DNA of 64,000 nt from an uncultured delta proteobacterium (GTDB taxonomy: Bacteria > Desulfobacterota > Desulfobacteria > Desulfobacterales > QNYZ01). The DNA is taken from NCBI GenBank assembly GCA_963845145.1, contig CAWJQU010000005.1:1280001-1344000 (forward strand), given 5' to 3'. Below, piece by piece: positions 41,137 to 51,351 of this stretch. Positions within the stretch are counted from its first letter, which is position 1, and each line of letters starts with the position of its first letter. The translations under genes and the position numbers were made by a program. Under the pieces are notes generated by a model. That model saw only the letters and a program-made list of their open reading frames with translations, had not been told where the DNA came from and made no database searches.

Positions 41137-41670
41137 TTGAAAATGACTATAATCACAGAATCACCACGCCTTGTTCTATCCAAGATCGATATAAATGATA
41201 CTGATCGTTTATTCCAGCTAACCGGCGACAAGCGGGTTATGAAATATTTTCCTAAAATATTTAGTTATTCCGAGACTGTTGAAATGATCGAGGAAGTATC
41301 AAAACAGTATAAAAAGTATGGGTACTGTTTTTGGAAGGTGGTACGAAAGGAGAAAGAAGCGTTTATCGGTATCGCCGGTTTGCTTCACCAAGAAATTGAC
41401 GGCTACGAGGAAATGGAAATATCCTATCGAATAAAACCAGAGTATTGGAATCGCGGGTATGCCGAAGAGGCTGCTCGAGCGTGTAAAAAATATGCTGAAA
41501 ACGAATTAAACCCAAAGAGGCTGATATCGATCATCCATCCTCAAAATCTAGCGTCAAAACGCGTGGCTGAAAAGTTGGGCGCAAAAAAAACTATGATGTC
41601 GGATTTTTTGGGAAAAGCGCACGAAATTTATGTTTATGAATTTTCTTGCGATTCTTCGTCATTTCCATGA
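41137..41670 (+). CDS. GNAT acetyltransferase (RimJ/RimL-like)
   Basis: ESPRL, YWNRGYAEEAA, NLASKRVAEKLG. Confidence 0.88.
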   Translation: MKMTIITESPRLVLSKIDINDTDRLFQLTGDKRVMKYFPKIFSYSETVEMIEEVSKQYKKYGYCFWKVVRKEKEAFIGIAGLLHQEIDGYEEMEISYRIKPEYWNRGYAEEAARACKKYAENELNPKRLISIIHPQNLASKRVAEKLGAKKTMMSDFLGKAHEIYVYEFSCDSSSFP

Positions 41671-41692
41671 AAACAAAACAGGGGTGGGTCCG

Positions 41693-41929
41693 ATGGCAGC
41701 AGAGATAATAAAACTAAAAGCCTTTGGAAAATATATTGATATCGAGCGGATCAACGGGCAGTGGGTTGCGTTCTTTCATGAGGGCGAGGGGAAGCGGCGT
41801 GAAGCAAGGGACATCGTGATTCCGGCTGATCTTGAACCCCAAAAAATAAAAGTATATATGGATGATCTGTTGCATGAATGGGCGACGGAGAAGAATCCTA
41901 AAGTTGAAATGTTAACGGAGCCATTGTAA
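41693..41929 (+). CDS. Small hypothetical protein
   Basis: Co-oriented ORF filling the gap; GEGKRR...IPADL...DDLLHEWA. Confidence 0.65.
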   Translation: MAAEIIKLKAFGKYIDIERINGQWVAFFHEGEGKRREARDIVIPADLEPQKIKVYMDDLLHEWATEKNPKVEMLTEPL

Positions 41930-41932
41930 CCG

Positions 41933-42364
41933 ATGAACTTCAAAATAACACCATTTGATAATGTCAAACACAGAGAACGGGTCATTTCATTATGGGAAGA
42001 GGTGTTTGGTTACGAAGCAGACCACAACTTGCCGAGTTTGGTCATTGATAAAAAACAAGATGTTGAGGACGGGCTGTTTTTCGTTGCCGAGACTGACCAG
42101 GGCGTCGTCGGCACGGTCATGGCAGGTTATGACGGCCACCGGGGTTGGATTTACTCGGTGGCGGTTTCACCCAAATACCGTAAACAGGGTTTGGGGTCAC
42201 AATTGCTCTCTTTTGCCGAAGAAAAGCTCTCGGAAAAAGGGTGTATCAAAGTCAACCTTCAAATCATGGACGGCAATGAGCCGGTTCAACAATTTTACCT
42301 TTCAAATGGGTACCAAACCGAAAAAAGAATCAGCATGGGAAAACGGCTGGTTGCAACCAATTAA
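41933..42364 (+). CDS. GNAT acetyltransferase (YpeA-like)
   Basis: GTVMAGYDGHRGWIY, KVNLQI, SMGKRL. Confidence 0.88.
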   Translation: MNFKITPFDNVKHRERVISLWEEVFGYEADHNLPSLVIDKKQDVEDGLFFVAETDQGVVGTVMAGYDGHRGWIYSVAVSPKYRKQGLGSQLLSFAEEKLSEKGCIKVNLQIMDGNEPVQQFYLSNGYQTEKRISMGKRLVATN

Positions 42365-42443
42365 CCAAGGTGTCAGAACAATATCATTTTTGCATGGAAT
42401 ACAATAAAGGGTTGAAATAAACAATCCAGGGAAGGCTTAGACC

Positions 42444-43595
42444 TTGGTGGCCAATACCTATCTTCGCTTGCAGATCATTGTTTTTTCGCTGGTAGCCGCG
42501 TCGTTTACCAACATCTACATCACCCAACCCGTACTGCCCATTTTGCAAAAGACGTTTTCAGTGGATATGGTGTTCGCCTCGTTTAGTGTATCCGCTGTAA
42601 TTTTAGGGATCGCCCTGTCTAATCTTCCCTTTGGCTATTTAGCGGATCGCTTCCCGATTCATCCAATCATTCTGATGGGGGGATTACTGGTTGCGCTTGC
42701 CGGGCTGCTTTGTGCGGTAACAACGAATATTTGGATCCTGATCGCCGCCCGCTTTATACAGGGACTATTTATCCCATCGCTAACCACCTGCCTGGCGGCC
42801 TACCTTGCTAAAACCCTGCCTGTGGACAGGCTCAATGTGGTCATGGGTTCCTATGTGGCGGCTACCGTTCTGGGCGGGTTATGCGGACGTTTGCTCGGGG
42901 GATGGATCCATCCCCCGTCGCAGTGGCGTTACGCGTTTGTTTCGGCCGCAATATTGACCTTACTGGCCACCTTTATTGCCGTGCGCGGACTACCGAAGCC
43001 GAAAAAACAGAACCGCCGCCAAGAAGATTCAACCGGCATTCTTTCGCTATTGAAACGATGGGACATACTCCGCATTTACCTTTGTGCCATGGGTAGTTTT
43101 GCTATTTTCTCATCGGTTTTTAATTATCTCCCCTACCGATTGACCGCGCCACCCTTTAACTTTTCCACCCAGATGGCCACCCTGTTATATTTGGCCTATG
43201 TCGTCGGCATTTTTATGGGGCCGGCGGCGGGGAAAATGAGTAATCGCTTTGGAAGTGGCAATACCCTGCTTTTTGGAAGTGCTGTTCTGGCCGTGGCTTT
43301 ATGGTTGTTGATAGTGCCTTCCGTCATGGCTGTTATTGTGGGACTGATGGCTATTTGCGCCGGCTTTTTTTCTATTCATGCAGCGGCGGTGGGGGCACTC
43401 AATAGAAGGCTTTCAAGCGGCCAGGGACAGGCCAATGCGCTTTATGTGATGTTGTACTACTTGGGTGGCTGGCTTGGCATTACCGGTACGGGTATGGTTT
43501 ACAAGCTTGGTGGGTGGAATGCTTTTATCTATATTTCCCTGATGCTTTTGGTAATTCCCATCGGTGTTGGTATCACTGAATACTTAGATCGGTGA
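42444..43595 (+). CDS. MFS transporter (YnfM-like)
   Basis: YITQPVLP, GYLADRF, RFIQG; about 12 TM. Confidence 0.88.
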   Translation: MVANTYLRLQIIVFSLVAASFTNIYITQPVLPILQKTFSVDMVFASFSVSAVILGIALSNLPFGYLADRFPIHPIILMGGLLVALAGLLCAVTTNIWILIAARFIQGLFIPSLTTCLAAYLAKTLPVDRLNVVMGSYVAATVLGGLCGRLLGGWIHPPSQWRYAFVSAAILTLLATFIAVRGLPKPKKQNRRQEDSTGILSLLKRWDILRIYLCAMGSFAIFSSVFNYLPYRLTAPPFNFSTQMATLLYLAYVVGIFMGPAAGKMSNRFGSGNTLLFGSAVLAVALWLLIVPSVMAVIVGLMAICAGFFSIHAAAVGALNRRLSSGQGQANALYVMLYYLGGWLGITGTGMVYKLGGWNAFIYISLMLLVIPIGVGITEYLDR

Positions 43596-43740
43596 ACGCA
43601 AAGATCGGGTTTAGGTAACGATTTGTAATAGTCTATTTTTATCGTGTCGCTTGGCTAACGGCTTGTAAAGTGATTTTAAGATATTAAAATATAAATGAGT
43701 ACATATTGGTTTGATTGTCTTTATAAAAAAGGAGAACTTC

Positions 43741-44193
43741 ATGCGCTGGTTTTCGATATTATTGGTAACGATATTTTACGTTTCGCCTGTTTTGGCCGAA
43801 GATAATGGCCTGGTGACGGTTAAAAGTGTTCACAGTGTACAGCAGACGGGCGATCGATTAGAGTCTGCTTTAAAAGGCAAGGGCATGACGGTTTTTGCCC
43901 GGATTGATCACGCCCAAGGGGCTAAAAAGGTGGATAAGGAATTGCGTCCCACTCAGCTGGTGATTTTCGGAAACCCCAAAGCAGGCACGCCCTTGATGCA
44001 GTGCGCCCAAAGTGTTGCCATCGATCTTCCCCAAAAAGCCCTTATCTGGGAGGATAAAAATGGAGGTGTCTGGCTGTCATATAATGACCCACAGTATTTG
44101 GTAAAGCGTCACGAGATATCGGGTTGTGACAAAGTCATCGCCAATATTACCAAAGCACTGGGCAATTTTGCGAAACAGGCAACGACTCCCTAA
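43741..44193 (+). CDS. DUF302 domain secreted protein
   Basis: AGGAG RBS; FARIDH, IFGNPKAGTPLMQ, DLPQK. Confidence 0.88.
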   Translation: MRWFSILLVTIFYVSPVLAEDNGLVTVKSVHSVQQTGDRLESALKGKGMTVFARIDHAQGAKKVDKELRPTQLVIFGNPKAGTPLMQCAQSVAIDLPQKALIWEDKNGGVWLSYNDPQYLVKRHEISGCDKVIANITKALGNFAKQATTP

Positions 44194-44199
44194 GCGTTC

Positions 44200-44247
44200 A
44201 ATAGATCCGGATCAGTCTATGCCCGGATCAGTATAGACCCGGATCAG
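44200..44247 (+). repeat. Three 16-bp tandem repeats
   Basis: aatagatccggatcag / tctatgcccggatcag / tatagacccggatcag. Confidence 0.7.
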
Positions 44248-44299
44248 CCGAAAGGGCGTTGATACCGATCTTTAAATTCAGCCATTGTGAAAGTGTGGA

Positions 44300-44574
44300 C
44301 CTGGGTGCCCGCTTTTTCGACAGTATCGCCGGAACCATCGGTAATAAGTGCTACAAGATACCGGGAGAGCCCGGCACATCTCCTCAACACTGCATTGAGT
44401 GGGGGGCGCTCGTCTACGAATCCGAATACCTGTTCGGATCTTCCGAGAAGATTGCCACGGCTTTTTTAAAATACACCGCTCCCGGCGAAGACGCTCGGTT
44501 TCCCATGGTGGTATTCCTCCCACAGCCTCATAGAACTTATCTGTTTGGTGTGTCCACTATTTTGAGACGAGCCA
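44300..44574 (-). mobile_element. IS3-family relic (left IR plus OrfA/OrfB junction)
   Basis: Minus strand TGGCTCGTCTCAAAATAGTGGACAC IR-like end; ERLRRERCILKK/AVAIFSED (OrfA end) and SVEEMCRALPVSCSTYYRW (OrfB start). Confidence 0.7.
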
Positions 44575-44889
44575 GGTATTTAAAATATGGTGGCAGGAGC
44601 CGATATTTCCAAATTTTCCGTATCAACTTACAACACTAATTATATCGTGGTTAAACACCATCAGATTTCAAAGGCATTGTCGACATTAAAGAAAAGCGGA
44701 TATGAGCTTAAATAACTTCTTATGTTACCCCCGATTTAAAAGGTGAATGAGGATATGGCTTTGATATATTGAATTTTAAGCCCATCCGCAGAATCCTACC
44801 AGCCACTTTGGCCGGTAAGCTTGACAGGTAAGGCGATTTTCAATATGGTTTCCGCTCAGATTAGGTTCAAATATCTCGGCGGAGTCTTT

Positions 44890-45513
44890 ATGCGGCAGTT
44901 TTTTATAACCCTTTTTACGCCGCTGGCTCGGCGGTTTGGGTGGGTTCATCCCAACACACTTACGATTCTCTCTCTCATTACGGGCGTATTAGCGGGAATT
45001 GCTTTATTGGCAACTCATCTTCACCCTGCCTTCTTTATTATGGCAGCCGCTATGATTGGTCTTTCGGGCACCTGTGACAGCCTGGATGGAATTATTGCCC
45101 GAATGAATCATCAAACGACCCAAATGGGTGATTTCCTCGATCATTTTTTTGATCGTATCGTAGAAATCTTTATCTTTGTGGGTTTATCCTTGTCACCCGG
45201 GGCAAATACCATTTTCGGACTTCTCGTGATCGTTCTGATTTTGTTAAACGGATATCTGGGGACACAGATCGAAGCCTCATTCGGTCAACGGTATTATGGT
45301 GGTGGCGGCAAGGCGGAACTCTTTGTCGCTTTGGTACTGGGTTGTTTCATGCTCGGTTTTTGGCCAGGGATCTCATTAAAACTCGGTCAATTGAAAATTA
45401 CGGTAGAGAACCTCTTTTTTGCGGGCCTTTGTTTGGCTACAGTGATCAGTCTCGTCAAACGCTTACTCTATGTCCGCCACCATTTTGTTGGCGAAATCGC
45501 AGGGCGAAAATAA
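44890..45513 (+). CDS. CDP-alcohol phosphatidyltransferase family protein
   Basis: PNTLT, DSLDGIIAR..GDFLDHFFD signature. Confidence 0.9.
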   Translation: MRQFFITLFTPLARRFGWVHPNTLTILSLITGVLAGIALLATHLHPAFFIMAAAMIGLSGTCDSLDGIIARMNHQTTQMGDFLDHFFDRIVEIFIFVGLSLSPGANTIFGLLVIVLILLNGYLGTQIEASFGQRYYGGGGKAELFVALVLGCFMLGFWPGISLKLGQLKITVENLFFAGLCLATVISLVKRLLYVRHHFVGEIAGRK

Positions 45514-45514
45514 A

Positions 45515-46393
45515 ATGGAGGTCTCTCAGATTGCGGTTCGCACGGTGGTGTTATGGTCACTTTTTCCAGTTCTCGCCATACCGATCGGATTGCTTTTTCG
45601 GCACAAAGGATCCAACTGGTTTTCGTCTCGTGTTTATATATGGTTTTTTATCATTCCTGTTTTTCTTTGCTCAGCCTATGTGGACGCATTTTATTTTTTA
45701 GCACTAATGGTCATGAGCGGTATGGTCGCTATTTTCGAACTGACAACCCTGGAGCGTCGCGGGACCTTTTTACCCGTAATCTATCTATTGACGCTTGTGC
45801 TGGCAGTACCTTGGCTCTTTTGGGCACAGTTTGACCTAACTTATCCATGGGTGCTGGGAAGCAGTTTTGTCCTTCTCTCAGGGCTGCTGGTTCTAATTTC
45901 CATTGGCTATAACACCCCTTTACAGCTTCCCGCCCTTGCGATCCTCCTGGGCGCCTCTCTCTCATTTTGGATTTTGCTTCGAACCCTGCCAAACGGTTTC
46001 CGGTTTGTCCTCTTCGCTTTTTCAGTCGTGGTACTCAACGACATGATGGCATCTTTAGGCGGCAAATTATTGGGGCGCCGGCATCCTTTTCCCAGGCTAA
46101 GTCCTCATAAAACCATGGCTGGATTTATTTTCGGGACAATCGGCGGGGTACTGGCGGCGTATTTATTCTGGTTTGCACTATATGAATTCACTTTTTTTGA
46201 GATCACCATTGCCGGTATCCTGCTCTCGATAACCGCACCTGCCGGGGACCTGTTTGCATCCTTTATTAAACGATATTATGGCGTCAAGGATTTTGGCACC
46301 CTGTTCGGCCGGATGGGCGGTATGCTTGATCGTATGGATTCACTGCTACTTTCCGGATGGGTGTTTTTTATGTATTTGCAAATCTCTACCTAA
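45515..46393 (+). CDS. Phosphatidate cytidylyltransferase family protein
   Basis: SPHKTMAG, GDLFASFIKR..GVKDFG, GGMLDRMDS. Confidence 0.9.
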   Translation: MEVSQIAVRTVVLWSLFPVLAIPIGLLFRHKGSNWFSSRVYIWFFIIPVFLCSAYVDAFYFLALMVMSGMVAIFELTTLERRGTFLPVIYLLTLVLAVPWLFWAQFDLTYPWVLGSSFVLLSGLLVLISIGYNTPLQLPALAILLGASLSFWILLRTLPNGFRFVLFAFSVVVLNDMMASLGGKLLGRRHPFPRLSPHKTMAGFIFGTIGGVLAAYLFWFALYEFTFFEITIAGILLSITAPAGDLFASFIKRYYGVKDFGTLFGRMGGMLDRMDSLLLSGWVFFMYLQIST

Positions 46394-46577
46394 TTGACAC
46401 TCGAATGGCTCGCTTGAGCGCCCTGATAAAGACCGGCTTAATCCATTTTGGGTTCTTACGATTATTACGGTTACGATGGTCTTTTGGCGTCCATAGAATT
46501 TTATTTTTGGGAGCGGCTTGCCTGCTTCGACTAAACCAACCTGAATAATTCAGTCGTTTCAAACAACCCCACTTTTT

Positions 46578-47981
46578 TCAAAAACGATAGGATACATTTA
46601 AAAACAGTCGGTCATTGCTACCGATGTTTTCCATCAGGTAGTTATTCCCACCTTGATATATGATAACCCCTGTGCCGATGGATAAACGGTCGGTGAGTGC
46701 GTAGGTAGTGGCAAAACGGTACAGGGCACCATTTGAAAAGTCGAGGCCAAGATTATAAGTATAAAAAGATAGCTTCAGTAAATCATGAAAAAAATGACGA
46801 GATAGACTTAACGCCCAGACCAAGCCATGTTCTTCCGGCAACCCATCCGTTTCAGATGTTGGCAAATCCAGGTTGTATAGATACCGGTAGAGAAGCTCAA
46901 AGGTGATAAAGGTGTGCCTAAATCCTGTGTACTCGACGCCAAACAAGGTATCTATTTGAGATACTTTCTGATTGGGTAGGGCATAAAATTGTCGATTGTC
47001 ACTATAAGCTGTTTCCGCTTTGAGTAGCCAACTTTCAAAGACGCGATCCAATGATATCCCTACGAGGTGGTGACGGTTTACACGCCGTAATGAAATATCC
47101 TCAGTTAATCCGATCAAAGGCTGTTCATCGAGAAATGAGGCTAGGGCCAGGTTGATACCCAGGCCGTTGATCAAGCCACCGGCAAATAACCCGTAGCTTT
47201 GATGGTCTAACCCTGTTTCAATGTTTTCCACCGGGGGTAGATTGAAGGTAAATGGATAAAAATCACTACCGTAAGGAGGGTATTTATCAGTTCGAAATTC
47301 GTGGGTTGCTATTCCAGTAAAACGCCAGTGGTTATGAGAAAAATCAACACGGCTCATGCCTACGGGTAGGAGATAATAGTCAATATCGACCAGCCCCGGC
47401 TTTCGCAAATCCACAGGATTGAGGTGATCAATTACGGGAAGCAGGCTCGCCTTTCCAAGCGACACAATTTGTCGGCCGATTTTTAAGTCTAACTTTGACG
47501 TCAGGTGGCCGGTCAAATATGCTTCGTCAATTGATAGCTCATCCCCATACGCATCCCGAATTTCCGAGTTGTATTTCTCTATACCGTTAAAGCGAAAAGC
47601 AAAATCATAATATCCATGACCACGGATCAAACCACTCAGTCGATTCCGATAGCGGGCTTCTATGCCCAGATCCAGGATGGGTTTGAAACTGGTAATCCCG
47701 TGGAAGTCTGTGTTATTGGAAAAAGAAGAATGCGCACGGAGGGCATAGATGCTTTCAAATCGCAGTGATCCAAAAACATGACTGGAAAAAGGTGTGGCAG
47801 TTTTGGTTTCAGATGGGCTATCCGTAGGTTCCGATGGTCTAAGCGTTGGGAGCGCGGGTCCGGGGAGATCAAATCCCTCTAAAACCGCATCGGTGTCGAC
47901 CTGGTTTTCAGCCGCGATACCAACCACAGAGGAAATGGTAAGAATAAAGCAATAAAAAAAAATAAAAAACGCGCGAGTCAC
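46578..47981 (-). CDS. Predicted outer-membrane beta-barrel (DUF1302-like)
   Basis: Signal peptide, EAY..KIGRQ motif, C-terminal VSYRF. Confidence 0.75.
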   Translation of the reverse strand: MTRAFFIFFYCFILTISSVVGIAAENQVDTDAVLEGFDLPGPALPTLRPSEPTDSPSETKTATPFSSHVFGSLRFESIYALRAHSSFSNNTDFHGITSFKPILDLGIEARYRNRLSGLIRGHGYYDFAFRFNGIEKYNSEIRDAYGDELSIDEAYLTGHLTSKLDLKIGRQIVSLGKASLLPVIDHLNPVDLRKPGLVDIDYYLLPVGMSRVDFSHNHWRFTGIATHEFRTDKYPPYGSDFYPFTFNLPPVENIETGLDHQSYGLFAGGLINGLGINLALASFLDEQPLIGLTEDISLRRVNRHHLVGISLDRVFESWLLKAETAYSDNRQFYALPNQKVSQIDTLFGVEYTGFRHTFITFELLYRYLYNLDLPTSETDGLPEEHGLVWALSLSRHFFHDLLKLSFYTYNLGLDFSNGALYRFATTYALTDRLSIGTGVIIYQGGNNYLMENIGSNDRLFLNVSYRF

Positions 47982-48075
47982 GTTACAGCCCCGGATATAA
48001 TCATTATGATAGAACGCTTGGCAAGATCAGAAGCTGCCTCCTACTTTAAAACAAAATAGTAGTGATTCCTTCAAA

Positions 48076-48939
48076 TCACAACCCTTGTTCAAGCCGTTGA
48101 ATGGTAAAGAGTTGTTTGGGAAAGGGCTGGTTAAAAGCGATGGAATTAATGCGTAAAACAGTTTGATGTAAAATTTTCTTCTTTTTTACCGTTTTTGCGT
48201 GTATTTCCATGGGAACCCAAATGTGGTCAATCAAGTCGAGCTGTTTGACCTCGATATATTTTAAGGTGTCCTTCCCAGATAACCAATGGACGGCACGAAT
48301 GGTCACATAATTATCCTTACGGATCAAAAACAATGATTTTGAATATCCGTAATCCCGCATTATTTCACCATCTTTGGGTGTTGCCTCGATAATCCAAACC
48401 GGATGGGTTCCGATCTGCGAATCTTTAATAAACCGATAAGTAAAATTAGTTGGCACCTGGGTCGTCAAATCAGCATGGGAGAAATCAGAACCCATGAAAG
48501 AACCACCATTGCTTTCCGAAGCAATACGTTTGGTTTTGTGGTAGGAAGGCAGGAAAATCCACTGAGCATCTTTTTGATCCTGATCTTTATAGTCATCTAT
48601 TAAAAAAGCAGTGTTTCGGACATCCGCAGGCTCTATAAAGAAAAGAAGTCGCTGCCTTTTCTCGTGATCCTCTCTGGTAAGGCTTTTGATTTTACGGATG
48701 CGTGAACTCCCGCTATTGCCGATAAGTATCATTTCGACAATGCTATCGATATTATTACCTTTAGGGCGTAAATATACCTGGTCCATAATCTTAATAATAT
48801 CTGGCGCGGGGGGCTCCCCAATCTTCGGGTCAGAAAGTGCTTGGCAGGGTGCCAAGATTTGAAAAGATACAAGCCCGACCAGAACAAGCGCTATTAGCAT
48901 GGATGGCTTCACTTGGCTTTTTCTCCTCCATAGGCGCAC
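48076..48939 (-). CDS. LolA-like outer membrane lipoprotein-sorting protein
   Basis: FIEPADVRNTAFL, QWIFLP, SFMGSDFSHAD. Confidence 0.85.
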   Translation of the reverse strand: MRLWRRKSQVKPSMLIALVLVGLVSFQILAPCQALSDPKIGEPPAPDIIKIMDQVYLRPKGNNIDSIVEMILIGNSGSSRIRKIKSLTREDHEKRQRLLFFIEPADVRNTAFLIDDYKDQDQKDAQWIFLPSYHKTKRIASESNGGSFMGSDFSHADLTTQVPTNFTYRFIKDSQIGTHPVWIIEATPKDGEIMRDYGYSKSLFLIRKDNYVTIRAVHWLSGKDTLKYIEVKQLDLIDHIWVPMEIHAKTVKKKKILHQTVLRINSIAFNQPFPKQLFTIQRLEQGL

Positions 48940-51331
48940 GCCATGATCGCCGGAGCCAGCAGGAAATCTGAAAGCAATGCTAGTATAATTGTTATGCCGG
49001 TTATCAGGCCAAAGTTTTGAAGGCTTGTGATTGTTGAAAATAGGAACACGGAGGCGCCAACCGTAAGGACCATGCTAGTCGTCAGCATTGCGTGACCAGC
49101 GGTCTGCATGGTCATGGAAACCGCCTGGGACACATCATTTGTGATAGAATGATAACGGTGAAAATGATACATAAAATGGACTGTATCGTCAACCGCTATT
49201 CCCAGCGCAATACTACCGACCAACATAGTGTACATATCCATGGGCATCCCTATCCACCCAATAATTCCGATGGCGATAAAAATGGGAAGCAGATTCGGAA
49301 GCATGCTCAAACATCCAATTTTAAATTTTCCGATAAGCAGAATCATCATCAATGTGATGGCCACTCCAGCCAGCACATAACTTTTGATCATGCTTTGCAT
49401 GGTGGCATGTAATGTTCTGGCCAAGAGGGGAATGTTACCGGTGATGGTAATTTTTGCCAGGCCGGAAAAGATTTTCTGGCACCGATTTTCGATTTTTTCA
49501 ATAAAGCGGCCATAGGAAACTGCATCGACCCAGGGCGCATAGAGTGTCATGCGCCCGATGCGATAACTGGTGTCTACCCATTCATTGGGAAAATTGGGGG
49601 ATCCGGTTTCAAGCAGCAACAACTCCTGGGCGAGCATTTTTGGGTCGTCCGGAATCCGATACGCTTGGTCCTTGTTGTTATTTAAGGACCAATGGGCGTG
49701 TTTTATCATATCGGCTATAGATGCGGTATTTCCGACTGTAACTTCCTGGGTTGAAAGGGCATCCAAATTACCCTTTAATTGGTCAAGGCGCTGAAGGATT
49801 TCAAGTGATTTAAATCCATCATCACGCTCAGTATCCACCATTATTTCAACATTGATCAGCCCCTTTAAATGTTTATCAATGATCTCAGTGGAACGGCGGA
49901 TGGGCGTGTTTTCCGGCATCCAATGTAGCGGATTATGGCTTAACTTGAGTTTTGCAATACCGACAAAAGCGATGGAGAGTATAAGCACACTACCGAAAAT
50001 GATAGACTTGGTGTGGGAAACCGAGAACCTAGCGAACCAATCAATAATAATACGCATACCGTTTTGGATTCGCCTTCGGCCGCTTACATGGCTGATCTTG
50101 ATAGGGATTATGGATAGAAGGGCTGGCAAAAAGATTATTGCATATAAATAAGATAGTAGTACCCCCAACCCCGCAAAAAGACCGAGATCTGCAACCGGAG
50201 CAACGTCAGCCATTGAAAAAGAAAAAAGCCCGGCGGCCGTGGTTAAACTGGTAATGGTAATTGCAAAACCGGAGTGGCTCAGTGTGGATGCAATGGCCTC
50301 CTGGCGGGAGGCACTTTTTTTTGGTAGATATAAAAAAGAGTCATCACATGAACGCAGGCCCCGATCCCTACCGCCATCAAAAAGGAAGGTAGTATGGTTG
50401 TTGGCGTTTTCATGGGACGGTTAAAAAGGGCCATCAACCCCATCGTGGACGCAATTGAGCTAAAAACGACAATAAATGGCAAGATAACCCCCGAAAGCCG
50501 GCGCAACAATAGGAAAAGAACAAGCGCGATGGCAATCGTGGAAAAACTGATAAAACGAAGGGTATCGTGTTTTATCGTCTGTCGTACAAATTGATTATAA
50601 ATAGGCAGACCCGTGGGATAAATTTGGAAGTTCTTGTCCTGATGTTCGTTGACAATTGTATGAACGGCATTGACGACCTCATCAATTTTTTCTTTTCCAA
50701 GGGTAATGGGTTCGGTAGCGAGGTTTTGATTTGAATTCGACTCGATAAGATCGGTGTCAAACACCGATAGAATATCTTCTTCTAATCCCTTGCTGACGGG
50801 GTCAGCCTGACTGTCGATGGATAATGTGAGGATGGCAAAGAGTTCATCATGGGTATAAAATCGGTTCCTGTATAGAGGGGCGGTGCGAATAAAGTTGAGG
50901 GTGTAGTTGAATGCTTCGGGGGTTTCGGGCCACGAATCTAGGAGTGTGTTCACAATAATACTATCTTTGTCACTTTTGAAAATAGGCGCTGACAAAATGC
51001 TACTTACATTTTGAGTGTAGGGGACTCCTGATGCGAGGGAGTTGTGCAGGGCGCGAAGTTTTTCCAAAAAGGGTGCTGAAAAAATGTTTGGAGAACGGAT
51101 ACCTAAAACAATTCGTTCGTCTGAGCCGAACAGGTTTTTAAATTTTTTATAAGCAATTAGGGATGGATCGTTATCTTTGAGATAATACTCAATCGAGGAA
51201 TCGACACGGATCTTCATCAAGGGTAAGCAAAGCAGAATGACCAATGCGGTCATGCCGCTGATGACCAGAACATCATGTTTGGTTACTATTTTGGCCAGTT
51301 GACCAAAAAAATGCTCGAAAAACGTACGCAT
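48909..51331 (-). CDS. MMPL/RND family lipid transporter, frameshifted at an 8-nt homopolymer (50315-50322)
   Basis: Two ORFs form one RND protein: TSLTTAAG bridging, GIAVDDTVH in the second half. Confidence 0.85.
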
Positions 51332-51351
51332 GAGGAAATCAGGGGCCTCTT

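Noticed and set aside
44200..44247. Mini CRISPR array
   Set aside because: Repeats are 16 bp, directly adjacent with no spacers, and no cas genes are present.
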